Positions 28,153-38,558 are shown, counted from the stretch's first letter. The stretch: DNA of 58,529 bases from Planctomycetes bacterium UBA1662 (GCA_002320775.1 DCKY01000210.1:1-58529), one strand, 5' to 3'. Numbers and translations: made by a program. The notes: generated from the sequence alone by a model not told the origin.

Positions 28153-29457
28153 ATGCTTTTTGGAACACAGACTATCAACGAAAAGGGACATCTCGAGGTG
28201 GGCGGCTGCGACACCGTCGAGCTGGCGGGGAACCATGGGACACCCCTCTACGTGATCGACGAAGAGGCCCTCCGCCAACGCTGCGTTGAGTACAGGCAGG
28301 CCTTCCAGGACAAATCCCCCTCGGCCACGGTCGCCTTCGCTACCAAGGCCTTTCTCTGCAAGTCCATGGCGCACCTGGCCTGTGAGGCCGGCCTCCATCT
28401 CGACGTAGCCTCCCTTGGCGAGCTCCGGCTGGTCGCCGAGGCCGGCGTTCCGATGGAGAAGGTCACGCTGCATGGAAACTACAAGAAGGATGAGGACCTC
28501 GAGGCGGCCCTCGACCTTGGCGTGGGGCTCGTGGCTCTTGACTCGACAGATGAATACAGGCGTCTCTCGCAGCTGGCCGCAGAGCGGGGCATCCGGCAGC
28601 GCTCCATCCTGAGGGTGTCGCCGGGAATTGATGCTCACACCCTCGACGCAATCTCGACCGGCCGCAACGACACCAAGTTCGGCATCACGGTAGAATCGGG
28701 AGCTGCCCTCACGGCAGTCGAAGAATGCCTCTCCATGCCAGGCATCGAGCTGATCGGAATCCACTCGCACATCGGAAGCCAGATCCTCGAGATAGGGCCC
28801 TTCCAATTGCTGGCAGCGAAGCTGATGGACCTTCTGCTCAGCGCCAGGGAGAAAACCGGCTGGAGCCCGGAGCTGGTGGTCCTGGGCGGCGGCCTGGGAA
28901 TCCAGTACGAGGAAAGCGATAAGCCTCCAGAGCTCAGCTCCCTCGCCGAAGCCATCGTCGATGGTATCGAGCGCGAGGCGGCCGCAAGAGGACTGGAAAC
29001 ACCCCGCATCGGAATCGAGCCCGGCAGATCGATCGTCGGAGAGTTGGGCCTCACCCTCTACGAAATCGGCCCGATCAAGACCGTTCCTTCCGCAGATGGA
29101 AATACCCGTACCTACGTCTCGGTCGATGGCGGGCTCTCAGACAATCCCCGGCCCGTCATGTACGGATCCCCCTACCCTGTCATCCTGGCCAACAGGGCCG
29201 GGGAGGAGGCATCGAGCGAGGTCCGGATATCCGGCAGGCACTGCGAAACGGACACCCTGGTCCCCAGGGCTCTTCTTCCTGCGCCAAAATCCGGCGACCT
29301 GCTGGCCGTTCAGTGCACAGGGGCTTACAATCACGCCATGGCGAGCAACTACAACTTCTTCTACAGACCTGCCGTCGTCTTCGTCGAGCAGGGAAAAGCT
29401 CGCGAGGTGGTGCGACGTGAAACCCAGGAAGACCTATTGGCCCGCGACCTCGGCTGA
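28153..29457 (+). CDS. lysA: Diaminopimelate decarboxylase
   Basis: GTPLYVID, FATKA (PLP lysine), HSHIGSQI, IEPGRSIV, GRHCE.D, TGAYNHAMASNYN. Confidence 0.93.
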   Translation: MLFGTQTINEKGHLEVGGCDTVELAGNHGTPLYVIDEEALRQRCVEYRQAFQDKSPSATVAFATKAFLCKSMAHLACEAGLHLDVASLGELRLVAEAGVPMEKVTLHGNYKKDEDLEAALDLGVGLVALDSTDEYRRLSQLAAERGIRQRSILRVSPGIDAHTLDAISTGRNDTKFGITVESGAALTAVEECLSMPGIELIGIHSHIGSQILEIGPFQLLAAKLMDLLLSAREKTGWSPELVVLGGGLGIQYEESDKPPELSSLAEAIVDGIEREAAARGLETPRIGIEPGRSIVGELGLTLYEIGPIKTVPSADGNTRTYVSVDGGLSDNPRPVMYGSPYPVILANRAGEEASSEVRISGRHCETDTLVPRALLPAPKSGDLLAVQCTGAYNHAMASNYNFFYRPAVVFVEQGKAREVVRRETQEDLLARDLG

Positions 29458-30520
29458 GGTTGAAGCGCGCCGTATATCAAGCTGCCCAGGCCTGCGGAGG
29501 CCCGGCGGGGTTCTGCTGCCGGCATCCCTGGCACTGACGCTCCTGCTGAGCGGTTGCGGAGGTCCCTACCTCTTCCAACAGGGACTCGGCCAGCTCGACA
29601 TCTCGCTGAACCGGGTGGCGCTCGATGACACGAACCTCCTTGATTCGCTCGATGCATCCCAGCGCGACAAGCTCAGCTGGATTCCCCGGGTCATCAAATT
29701 TGCCGAAGATGAGCTGAAACTCGAACCTGGAGACTCCTACACATCTTACTTCGACACCGAAGGCGGGCCCGTCAGCTATACGGTCGTCGCCAGCCATCCG
29801 CTGGCCCTCATCCCCTACCAATGGTGCTTCCCGCTCGTAGGCTGCGTTCCCTATAAGGGTTTTTTCAATCTCGAAGATGCCCGCGAGACAGCCCTCGCCC
29901 TTCGTGAAGATGGATGGGATGCGGAGGTCTTTCCGGTGCAGGCCTACAGCACCCTGGGCTGGTTCAGCGATCCGCTGCTGTCCAGCATGCTCTCTCTCTC
30001 CATGCCGGAGATGGTGGAATTGCTTCTCCATGAAATCACCCACAGAACCCTCTTCATCCCTTCACGGGGACAGCTGAACGAGGGCTTCGCCACCCACATG
30101 GGACGCGAAGGAGCCCGCCTGTTCTTCCTGGCTCATCCCGAAGCGGCCAGCCAGGAAGAGCTGAAGAAATATCGCCAGCAACGACAACTCGACAGCCAGT
30201 ACAAAGAGCTCATCTCCAGACTGAAAACTGATCTCGAGATGCTCTACAGGGGAGAGGCCTCCCGTGAAAACAAGCTGGCGAGAAAGAAGGAGCTCTTCGC
30301 CTCGGCCACCCGCGCCGCGCGTGAGCTCTTGCAGGCGGACACCATCACGCTCGTCTCCAACGCCAGGGTGGTCGCCAGCGAAACCTACACGGCCCAGCTT
30401 GCGCTGCTTGAGCGGCTTCAGGAAAAAACGGGCGGCCATCCCAGGGAGTTGCTGAAGGCTCTGCGAGAGGCGAGCGATGACGGAAAGCTCAACGAACTGC
30501 TGGCGGCGGAAGCTCAATGA
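29417..30520 (+). CDS. Putative zinc aminopeptidase (HExxH), lipoprotein
   Basis: WCFPLVGCVPYKGFF, AYSTLGWFSDPL, LLHEITH, NEGFA; LLLSGC lipobox. Start is uncertain; GTG 29417 overlaps the end of lysA and follows GAGGT. Confidence 0.8.
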   Translation: MKPRKTYWPATSAEVEARRISSCPGLRRPGGVLLPASLALTLLLSGCGGPYLFQQGLGQLDISLNRVALDDTNLLDSLDASQRDKLSWIPRVIKFAEDELKLEPGDSYTSYFDTEGGPVSYTVVASHPLALIPYQWCFPLVGCVPYKGFFNLEDARETALALREDGWDAEVFPVQAYSTLGWFSDPLLSSMLSLSMPEMVELLLHEITHRTLFIPSRGQLNEGFATHMGREGARLFFLAHPEAASQEELKKYRQQRQLDSQYKELISRLKTDLEMLYRGEASRENKLARKKELFASATRAARELLQADTITLVSNARVVASETYTAQLALLERLQEKTGGHPRELLKALREASDDGKLNELLAAEAQ

Positions 30521-32193
30521 ACGCTGTCCTTCCCCTCCTTCGACTGCGCGTCTCGGGCCTGCGAAACTCCATCATGAACGTCAGGAAGGACTCCGCGGCG
30601 AAGAGCCTGGTCATTATTTTCGGACTTGGAAACGTGATCGGCCTGGGCTATTGGGTCAGCCTGAACAGCTTCAGGTTCATCGCCGACTTCAAGGCCTTTG
30701 GCGACCTGAACGCCAAGATGATCTCCCTGCTGCTGATGGCCCTCCTCGTCCTGGTGGTCATCTCCACCATCATCATCTCCTACGCGACACTCTTTCTCGG
30801 CAAGGAGACGGCCTTTCTCTTCCAGACCCCGGCCCGCCCGCGCTCCATCCTCCTGCTGAAGCTGACGGAATCGATCGCGGTCAGTTCCTGGGCCACGCTC
30901 TTTCTTTGCCTGCCTGTGATGGTGGCCTACGGTGTCCACGAGAACGCGCCGCCGCTTTACTATGCGGAGATGGCCTCGGTGATGTTCCTCTTCGTTCTCT
31001 TTTCCGGATGTCTCGGCGCGCTCCTGGCAATCATCCTGGCCCCCCTGTTCAGGCGACTCTCTCCAAAGATGCTGCTGCTGGCTGCCCTGGCCGTCCTGGT
31101 CCTGCTGAGCTGGCTCTTCCTGCGTTCCTTTGAATTCGAAACCATTGAAGAAGACCGAAAGAATCTCCTGGTCCTGGACCGCTTCGCCTCGGGCTTCGAG
31201 ATCTTCCGCTCACCCTGGTCCCCGAGCCGCTGGGCCAGCACGGCGATCAGCGCCGCCGTTCACGGAACCCACGGTGAGGTTCTCAGCAACACACTCACGC
31301 TCCTGGCCAATACCCTCATCTTCCTGCCGCTGCTCTCCCTCTACGGAAAAAGGTACTACAACCGGGAATGGACCGCCCACCAGGGCTCCTCTTCCACCCT
31401 GGCTACTGTTGGAAGTAAATCTGCGACGACCTGGCGCCCAGGCGGCAGCCCCATGGCCGCTCTCCTGCGCAAAGACCTCCTCCTCTTCATTCGAAACCCT
31501 TCCCAGTTGGCCCAGTCTCTGCTCTTTCTGCTGCTGATGGTTATCTACTCGCTCAGCCTCCTGCAGGTTCCGGATTTCTTCAAGGACAGCGTCAACAACT
31601 TCCGGCTCTACCGCTTCATCTACTTTGCCAACCAGGTAGCCGTCTGCATGATTATCTCCTCCTTCACCTCCCGCTTTATCTACCCACTCCTGAGCCTCGA
31701 AGGCCGCGCCTTCTGGGTAATCGGGCTGGCGCCCATTCCACGCCGGCGGCTGATGACACAGAAGGGCGCCTTTGCCATGGCGATCATCCTGCCGCTGGGA
31801 CTCCTGACCATCACCATATCCAACCTGGCCCTGAGGAGTCCTCCTGAATTCTTTCTCTCAGCCGTCTACACGATGGTCCTTGCGACTCTCTGCCTGACCT
31901 CTCTGTCGACAGGACTCGGAGCGGCCTATCCCAGCTTTGATGAGAGCAATCCGGCACGGATCGCCGTTGGCCTGGGAGGAACCCTCAACTTCTTCGCGAG
32001 CGCCCTCACCATCGCCATCCTGGTGGCCATCCAGTCGCTTCCCGAGTTGCTGCTGGCCGCCTCTCCCTCCGTCGAGACATACTCGCTCCTGGTTCGGCTT
32101 GCCGGCTATATCGTTGCCGGCGCCTTTACCCTCATCCTCTGCCGCTCCGTCCTGAAAATGGGAGAGCGCAACCTGGAGCGCTGTGAATTTTGA
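30517..32193 (+). CDS. Putative ABC exporter permease
   Basis: Many transmembrane helices, LLRKDLLLFIRNP, SLEGRAFW..LAP motif; ATPase two genes downstream. Confidence 0.8.
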   Translation: MNAVLPLLRLRVSGLRNSIMNVRKDSAAKSLVIIFGLGNVIGLGYWVSLNSFRFIADFKAFGDLNAKMISLLLMALLVLVVISTIIISYATLFLGKETAFLFQTPARPRSILLLKLTESIAVSSWATLFLCLPVMVAYGVHENAPPLYYAEMASVMFLFVLFSGCLGALLAIILAPLFRRLSPKMLLLAALAVLVLLSWLFLRSFEFETIEEDRKNLLVLDRFASGFEIFRSPWSPSRWASTAISAAVHGTHGEVLSNTLTLLANTLIFLPLLSLYGKRYYNREWTAHQGSSSTLATVGSKSATTWRPGGSPMAALLRKDLLLFIRNPSQLAQSLLFLLLMVIYSLSLLQVPDFFKDSVNNFRLYRFIYFANQVAVCMIISSFTSRFIYPLLSLEGRAFWVIGLAPIPRRRLMTQKGAFAMAIILPLGLLTITISNLALRSPPEFFLSAVYTMVLATLCLTSLSTGLGAAYPSFDESNPARIAVGLGGTLNFFASALTIAILVAIQSLPELLLAASPSVETYSLLVRLAGYIVAGAFTLILCRSVLKMGERNLERCEF

Positions 32194-33077
32194 AATACAT
32201 CGAGACCTTCTTTTCACTGTTGATCATCACCTTCTGGATCTCGATGAACGCCCTGCTGATATCTCGCGAGGCGGAGCTTGAGAAGGTCGGACAGTTCAAG
32301 GGAGGAATTCAGGGCTACCTCGCGGGCGCGAACCTCAGGGAGAGCTGGATGGCGATTCGGAGCAAGGGCAAGCGCATCGGCTATTCCGGCTATACCGTCG
32401 AGAAGCTCTACATCAATACCGGCAACGAATATCATATCGACATCGAGACGGTCTACAGGGGACGGCTGCCGGTCCCGACCATCCTGGCGAGCTTCCTTCC
32501 AGACAACCGTCAGTTCGAGCTCAACGGTCTCCTCGTACTGGATAAAGACATGAAACCGCTGAGCCTGCGAATGAACCTGTCACTGGTTACCTTCAGACGA
32601 CAGACGGAGACGGCCAGGGCAAGCTTCCTGCTGGTCGGACGCGACAGGGGAGACCAATTCCTGGTCGAGCTCTTTCACGAAGAAGATGAAGCGGCTCTGC
32701 TCGCCGTCAAGCTCCCCGGCGACAAGCTCACGCTCTCCAACGGATTGGCCCCGACAATCCCGATCGCCGGCCTCAAACAGGGAAAAACCTACCGTGTGCC
32801 GGTCTTCGATCCGCTATCATCTCTCGGCTTCGGCTCCGAATCGGCGACCATCGAGGTGCTCCGTAAGGAGGCGCGGAAAATCGAAGGGCTCTTTGTCGAC
32901 ACCTGGGTCGTGGAGACCCGCTACGGCTCAAAAACAATCACCTCCTGGGTGACATCCGGCGGTGAGATCCTGAGACAGGAGCTGGGGCCTCCCCTTGACC
33001 TGGTCATGACGAAGGTAGCCAATAGAAAACGCGCCCTGGAAGGACTTGGCAAGAGAGCGCCGGGAACGCGAAAATGA
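32190..33077 (+). CDS. Hypothetical membrane-anchored extracytoplasmic protein (ABC operon partner)
   Basis: TTG start overlapping the upstream stop; N-terminal transmembrane helix; beta-rich body. Confidence 0.7.
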   Translation: MKYIETFFSLLIITFWISMNALLISREAELEKVGQFKGGIQGYLAGANLRESWMAIRSKGKRIGYSGYTVEKLYINTGNEYHIDIETVYRGRLPVPTILASFLPDNRQFELNGLLVLDKDMKPLSLRMNLSLVTFRRQTETARASFLLVGRDRGDQFLVELFHEEDEAALLAVKLPGDKLTLSNGLAPTIPIAGLKQGKTYRVPVFDPLSSLGFGSESATIEVLRKEARKIEGLFVDTWVVETRYGSKTITSWVTSGGEILRQELGPPLDLVMTKVANRKRALEGLGKRAPGTRK

Positions 33078-33089
33078 CTGGAGCGACCG

Positions 33090-33803
33090 ATGATTGAAAT
33101 ACGCAACCTGGTGAGAAGATACGGCGAAAAAACAGCTGTCGACCAGCTCAACCTGCAAATCCCCCCCGGCGTCTTCTACACCTTCCTGGGTCCCAACGGG
33201 GCGGGAAAGACCACGACCATGAAGATCATGGCCGGCCTTCTCAAACCAAGCGATGGAGAGGTGCTCATCGATGGCATCGATATCACCGCGAATCCGACCG
33301 AGGCGAAAAAAAAGATCGGCTACATCCCTGATCACCCCTACCTCTACGACAAGATCACCGGCTGGGAATTCCTGCAGTTCACCGGAGGTCTCCACGGCCT
33401 CGAGCCTGCGGCGCTCTCCTCCAGCGCCGAGGAGCTGCTTGATTTTTTTTCCCTTTCAGAAGATGCCCGCCAACTCATCGGCTCCTACTCTCACGGCATG
33501 CGGCAGCGGCTGGCCTTCTGCTCCTGCTTCCTTCACAATCCACGGGTCGCGATCATCGACGAACCATGGGTTGGCCTGGACCCGCGCAACATTCGCAGCG
33601 CCATCGAGTTTCTGCGCGGACGTTGCGAGACCGGCGTCACGATCTTCATGTCAACCCACTCACTTGATATCGCCGAGAACATCGCCGAGCGCCTGGGGAT
33701 CCTGAACCACGGCAGGCTCCTCTACGATGGAACCCTCGAGGAGCTGCGCTCAACGGGAGACAGCTCCGACCTCGAGGAGATCTTCCTCAAGATGACCGAC
33801 TGA
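33090..33803 (+). CDS. ABC transporter ATP-binding protein
   Basis: Walker A GPNGAGKT, signature YSHGMRQR, Walker B IIDEP. Confidence 0.95.
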   Translation: MIEIRNLVRRYGEKTAVDQLNLQIPPGVFYTFLGPNGAGKTTTMKIMAGLLKPSDGEVLIDGIDITANPTEAKKKIGYIPDHPYLYDKITGWEFLQFTGGLHGLEPAALSSSAEELLDFFSLSEDARQLIGSYSHGMRQRLAFCSCFLHNPRVAIIDEPWVGLDPRNIRSAIEFLRGRCETGVTIFMSTHSLDIAENIAERLGILNHGRLLYDGTLEELRSTGDSSDLEEIFLKMTD

Positions 33804-33912
33804 GAAACCCATATTGACCGGCTGCGGCCATGACGAAGCCCGCCGCAGGGTGTATTCTATGGATTCGATTTTCGGCTCTCTATTACGTCTAACCCACCTC
33901 TTGAGATAAACG

Positions 33913-35358
33913 ATGAACAAGCTGTTCCCACTCCTGGCACTCGCCGCCATCTCCTGCTCCATCCAGGAGCGCGCCAGCTCCCCTCCCCTGGCAAGAGCTG
34001 ACTTCGATACGCTCTTCACCGGCAAGACCCTGCGCTTTGACTACAACCACACCGGCATCGCCACCGAGGAGCACGTCAGCCTGGACGAGATCCGGCTGGA
34101 AGGCGACTGGCCCGGCTCGAGAAATGTCCTTGTCGATGACACCGGGCTTGGGAAATACATCTTCTCGGTCAGGGATCTCGAAACAAAGCGGCTCATCTAT
34201 TCACGCGGTTTCTGCAGCATCTACGGGGAATGGGAGACCATCGGTGAGGCGAAGAAGGGCATCTGGAGAACCTTCCACGAATCACAGCGTTTTCCTGAAC
34301 CGAAAAAGAAGGTCGAGCTCGCTCTCTCCAAGCGCCTGAACGATGGAAGCTTCAAGGAGATCTACTCCGGTGTCGTCGATCCCGCGAGCCGGTTCGTGAA
34401 CCGCTCCCCGCTCAATTCGCCCGGAGAGGTCATCAGCATATTCGAAAGCGGTCCGGCAAAGAACAAGGTCGACTTCCTCATCCTCGCAGATGGCTACAGC
34501 GCCAAGAATAGAAAAAAATTCGAGGCGGACGTCCGGCGCCTGGTCGAGGCCATGTTCAAGGTGGAGCCGTTCGCCTCCAATCGGAAGAACTTCAATGTCA
34601 GGGCCCTGCACATCGACTCCGCTCAAGATGGAATCACCAATCCGCGCGCCGGCAAGTGGCATGACACCCCGCTGGGCCTGAGCTTCAACGCCTTCGACTC
34701 CGACCGCTACGTGCTCTCGTACAAGAACCGCGCCATCAGGGAATCAGCCGCGCTGGCTCCCTACGACATGCTCTTGCTGCTGGGCAATACATCGAAATAC
34801 GGCGGCGGCGGGATCTTCAATCTCTGGTCAACCTGCGCCGCCGACTCATCCCAGGCCGCCTACCTCTTCGTTCACGAGCTGGGCCACTCCTTCGCGGGAC
34901 TCGCCGACGAGTATTATACCTCCTCGGTTTCCTACGAGGACTTCAACCCCCCGGGAGTCGAGCCCTGGGAGCCGAACATCACCGCGCTGCTCGACCCGGA
35001 AAACCTCAAGTGGAAGGATCTTGTAGAGAAAGGCACCCCCCTGCCGACGCCCTGGCTCCAGGAGAGCTACGACAAGGCCTCCTACTCCTACCAGAAAAAG
35101 CGCAAGGAGCTCATCGACTCGAAAGCCTCCACTGCCGAGATGGAGGAGCTCTTCTCAAAGGTCAAGAAGACGACCGCCCCCATGCTCTCCTCGGAGAAGT
35201 ACTCCGACAAGGTGGGCGCCTTCGAGGGAGCGGGTTACCAGGCGAAAGGACTCTATCGCTCGGAGAGCGACTGCATCATGTTTACCCGCAACCCGCAGAA
35301 ATTCTGCCGGGTCTGCTCGCGGGGACTTGAGCGGGTCATCCGGATGTACACCGAGTGA
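33913..35358 (+). CDS. Peptidase M64 (IgA peptidase-like) lipoprotein
   Basis: HELGHSFAGLADEY, EPWEPNIT, GAFEGAGY..CIM..FCRVC; LAAISC lipobox. Confidence 0.88.
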   Translation: MNKLFPLLALAAISCSIQERASSPPLARADFDTLFTGKTLRFDYNHTGIATEEHVSLDEIRLEGDWPGSRNVLVDDTGLGKYIFSVRDLETKRLIYSRGFCSIYGEWETIGEAKKGIWRTFHESQRFPEPKKKVELALSKRLNDGSFKEIYSGVVDPASRFVNRSPLNSPGEVISIFESGPAKNKVDFLILADGYSAKNRKKFEADVRRLVEAMFKVEPFASNRKNFNVRALHIDSAQDGITNPRAGKWHDTPLGLSFNAFDSDRYVLSYKNRAIRESAALAPYDMLLLLGNTSKYGGGGIFNLWSTCAADSSQAAYLFVHELGHSFAGLADEYYTSSVSYEDFNPPGVEPWEPNITALLDPENLKWKDLVEKGTPLPTPWLQESYDKASYSYQKKRKELIDSKASTAEMEELFSKVKKTTAPMLSSEKYSDKVGAFEGAGYQAKGLYRSESDCIMFTRNPQKFCRVCSRGLERVIRMYTE

Positions 35359-35437
35359 GAGCCGCCCAGGGGGTACATCGTCAGTCGCGGACGAACTCAC
35401 CGGCTCGGTGGACGCGAGCAATTCCTCCGGCTCATCG

Positions 35438-35597
35438 GCCCTGGGTTGCCCCATGTAGCCGTCACCTATCTTGAACTGAACCAGGTCGAAGTCATCCGTG
35501 GGCTTCACAATGGCGGATCCGGGATGTCGGAGACAGGGAATCTCTTTGCCTTGATCCCCAGGCCCCGCGATTCAACAACCGCGTCGGCCGACACCCG
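35438..35597 (-). ncRNA. ssrS: Probable 6S RNA (boundaries approximate)
   Basis: Minus-strand CGACCTGG..CAGTTCAAG..ACGGCTA..GGGCA resembles, from memory, the 3' half of 6S RNAs; complementary termini GGGT../..ACCC; lies in a 260-nt gap between convergent genes. Confidence 0.5.
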
Positions 35598-35619
35598 CAC
35601 GGCCAGACCGAGCCCTCCC

Positions 35620-36444
35620 TCAGCTGATCTCCCAGTCAACAACCCCTCGCTGCTCAGCCGAAACGTTCTCGAAGGCCTCCTCAAGCGCCTCGGCGTCGAG
35701 CTCCGGCGGAGCCTTCACGATGAAGGTCACCCTGCCCTTGGTCAGGTTCTTACGCTCGCGGATGACCGTGCAGCCGGCCTCCCCGAGAATCCCGCGGTAG
35801 GTTTCCGCCGCCGTGAGGATGTCGGAATCCTTGAGCCCCTTGACCACGATCCGCCCGGCGTTCTGCGATTCGAGATACCAGATGAGAATCCACCCGATGA
35901 ACGTGGCGAGCACCGCTCCGACAAAAATCTTGAGCCCGCAGCAGAGCCCGACCACCGTCACCAGAATGACCCGGCCGGTATCCTTCGCCTCTCCCACCAC
36001 GGTGCGAAAGCGCAGCAGCCCGCCAATACCGAAGATCACCAGCGCCATGGGCGGATAGGTCTGGACCAGCTGAGCGATAAGAGCCCCCACCATGGCATAC
36101 ATCAGAAAGGTCTTCGGCTGCTCGAACTCGGTGATGTTTGAGGCCTTACGGCGGGTGGATGGATGGTAGGCGATAACCGCGGCCAGGATGATCGAGAGCA
36201 GCAACATGAGGCTGACATCTACAATGTAGGCAATGTTACCGAAATTCTCCCACCCCTCTCGGAGATCTCCCCAGTCGTCCGTCAGTGGGCGGGCTTGAGG
36301 TGACATACCCGAAAACGGGTCGGCCTGAGCTGAAGCCAGCCCCGGTATCACAACCATCAAAACCACGAGGCCCAGCAGGGCCAATGCCGGAATTCCTCTC
36401 GAAAGAAGACCACGGACGATCCCAGTTCTATCGATCTCTTGCAT
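35620..36444 (-). CDS. Membrane protein, DUF4956/MgtC-like
   Basis: Several transmembrane helices, ALVIFGIGGLLRFRT..KDTG..VGLCCG motif, soluble C-terminal domain. Confidence 0.7.
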   Translation of the reverse strand: MQEIDRTGIVRGLLSRGIPALALLGLVVLMVVIPGLASAQADPFSGMSPQARPLTDDWGDLREGWENFGNIAYIVDVSLMLLLSIILAAVIAYHPSTRRKASNITEFEQPKTFLMYAMVGALIAQLVQTYPPMALVIFGIGGLLRFRTVVGEAKDTGRVILVTVVGLCCGLKIFVGAVLATFIGWILIWYLESQNAGRIVVKGLKDSDILTAAETYRGILGEAGCTVIRERKNLTKGRVTFIVKAPPELDAEALEEAFENVSAEQRGVVDWEIS

Positions 36445-36455
36445 GAGCGGGTTCC

Positions 36456-38555
36456 TCAATCTTCACCACCTTCGACCCAGGAGACATCGTCAAAGCCGAC
36501 CTCCGTGGGGATTCCATCAAGCACCACAGTGAGCACTCTCTCGGACTTGTTGATCTTTCTGACCTTGCCCCGGCCGCGAAGCTTTGGAACACAAACCTCA
36601 TCGTCTTTTCGCAGCGAGTGGGCGAACTCTTCACGTTTCTTGCCCAGCGGCGTTCCGATGAGAAGCAGCTCCACCTCGTTGGCAAGCTCATTCACCATCG
36701 GCTTGTGAGTCTGCGGTACGTTCTTCAACTTGTCAACAATAGGCTTGAGGACCTCCCTGGCGCGGCGCATCACGCGGTCGATCTCGATATCCGCCTCCCG
36801 CTCGAGCGACCGCCTGCGAATATCGATCTCTTCGAGCTTTTCGGCGTATTCAGCCTTGTCAACCTGCACCTCTTCGCGAACCTGCTCGGCCCTGCGGCGC
36901 TCCTTTTCGACCTTTCTGCGCGATTTTTCCATGCGCGAAATAATCTCTCTTGTCGGCTCTTCGATACGGGCGATCTCTTCCTCCGCGACGCTGAGCACCG
37001 CTTCGCTGACGCCCAGCCGCCGGGCAATGGCGAGGGCGTTGGAATTACCGGGAACTCCCATCAGGAGACGATAAGTCGGCTTGAGACTCTTATTATCAAA
37101 CTCCATCGCCGCGTTCTCCACATCATCATGAAGAAAACCATACTTCTTCATCGAACCCAGGTGGGTCGTGATGATGGCCTTCCAGCCCTTGGCCCGAAAG
37201 TAATCAAGAATAGCGGTTCCCAGCGCGGCTCCCTCCAGGGGATCCGTTCCGGAACCCAGCTCGTCGAGCAGTATAAGGGACCGACCTGTGGCTCCCCTGA
37301 GAATCTCGACAAGCTGCTTGAGGTGGCCAGAAAAAGTACTGAGGTTCTGCTCGAGACTCTGCTCATCACCGATATCGACAAAGAGGTCGTTGTAGACCGG
37401 GATCCTGGCCTTTGAGGCCGCGACCGGAACCCCGCTGAGAGCCAGCAGCACATTGAGACCCACCGTCTTGAGGGCCACGGTCTTGCCGCCGGTATTCGGA
37501 CCGGTCACGACCAGGATTCCCGCGGGATCACCAAGTCGAAGATCCAGCGGTACGACCTTGCCGAGAATCGAAGCGAGATCGAGATCGCGAAAATCACGGG
37601 TGGTCTCTCGCGAGAGCCACATCAGGTAGGGATGCCGCGCATCCCGCAGATCGAGAATGTCGCCGCCTCCGATCTCTGGAGAGATCAGTCCGAAGGCGGC
37701 GGCGTAGGCCGCCTTGGCCGCGGTAAGGTCCACCTTCGCGAGCGCGGCCTGGAGCCTCCTGAGGGTCACCCGCTCATCCCTTACCTTCCTGGTCAGCTCC
37801 CAGAGGATCCTGAGCACCTCGTCTCTCTCCCTGTCGAGCAGGCTGAGGAGCCTGTCTCCATCCTGGACAATCTGTTCAGGCTCAATGTAGAGAGTCGAGC
37901 CGCTCTGCGACCTGTCCCTCACCGGCCCCTTCATCCAGGATCTGTACTCCGCCTTCACCGGCAGCAGGTAGCGATCGTTTTTCAGCGTCACCCCTTCGCT
38001 CTGGAAGCACTTCTTCAAATCAGGGCGCTTGAGCATCGCGGCGGCTCCCTGGCGGAGCTTCTCCTGGAGGGAGGAAAGCTCGCGGCGCAGGTTGGAAAGT
38101 TTTTCCGAGGCCTCGCTGCGCACGCCCTCATGAAGGTCGATGATCTCCGGTATCTCCTGCCTCAACTCCGGCAGATCATCGAGCTCCTCACCAAGCTCCG
38201 AAAGAGCGGGGAACCTGCCCTCATCGCGGCAAAAAACCTCGCGAATACTGAGGCCGGACCGGAGCAGGTCGACAACCCTGTAGAGATGCTCCGGCTCGAG
38301 CGGCTTGCCCCCCGAGTCATTGTCCTCGAGTCCCGAGCAGACATCGGAGAGCCCCGCAAGAGGCAGCCTTGCAGACTCAAGGAGCTCACCAAGCTCCCTG
38401 GTTTCAGCGTGAGCCCGGCGCAGCTCCGCTCCATCCGGACACGGCCGGAGCTGCGAAGCCAGCTTCCGCCCGAGAACCGATTCGGCATAGGCGGAAAGAA
38501 TCTCCCTTATCCGCCCATACTCGAGAATCTGGATAGCGTGTTCAAAGGGCGCCAT
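36456..38555 (-). CDS. mutS2: MutS2-family ATPase lacking the C-terminal Smr domain
   Basis: N-terminal LEY..I, DRSQSGSTLYIEP, ARHP, Walker A TGPNTGGKT, DIGDEQSLEQNLSTFS, LLDELGSGTDP.EG; coiled coil, then ends after a KOW-like segment. Confidence 0.88.
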   Translation of the reverse strand: MAPFEHAIQILEYGRIREILSAYAESVLGRKLASQLRPCPDGAELRRAHAETRELGELLESARLPLAGLSDVCSGLEDNDSGGKPLEPEHLYRVVDLLRSGLSIREVFCRDEGRFPALSELGEELDDLPELRQEIPEIIDLHEGVRSEASEKLSNLRRELSSLQEKLRQGAAAMLKRPDLKKCFQSEGVTLKNDRYLLPVKAEYRSWMKGPVRDRSQSGSTLYIEPEQIVQDGDRLLSLLDRERDEVLRILWELTRKVRDERVTLRRLQAALAKVDLTAAKAAYAAAFGLISPEIGGGDILDLRDARHPYLMWLSRETTRDFRDLDLASILGKVVPLDLRLGDPAGILVVTGPNTGGKTVALKTVGLNVLLALSGVPVAASKARIPVYNDLFVDIGDEQSLEQNLSTFSGHLKQLVEILRGATGRSLILLDELGSGTDPLEGAALGTAILDYFRAKGWKAIITTHLGSMKKYGFLHDDVENAAMEFDNKSLKPTYRLLMGVPGNSNALAIARRLGVSEAVLSVAEEEIARIEEPTREIISRMEKSRRKVEKERRRAEQVREEVQVDKAEYAEKLEEIDIRRRSLEREADIEIDRVMRRAREVLKPIVDKLKNVPQTHKPMVNELANEVELLLIGTPLGKKREEFAHSLRKDDEVCVPKLRGRGKVRKINKSERVLTVVLDGIPTEVGFDDVSWVEGGED

Positions 38556-38558
38556 CAA

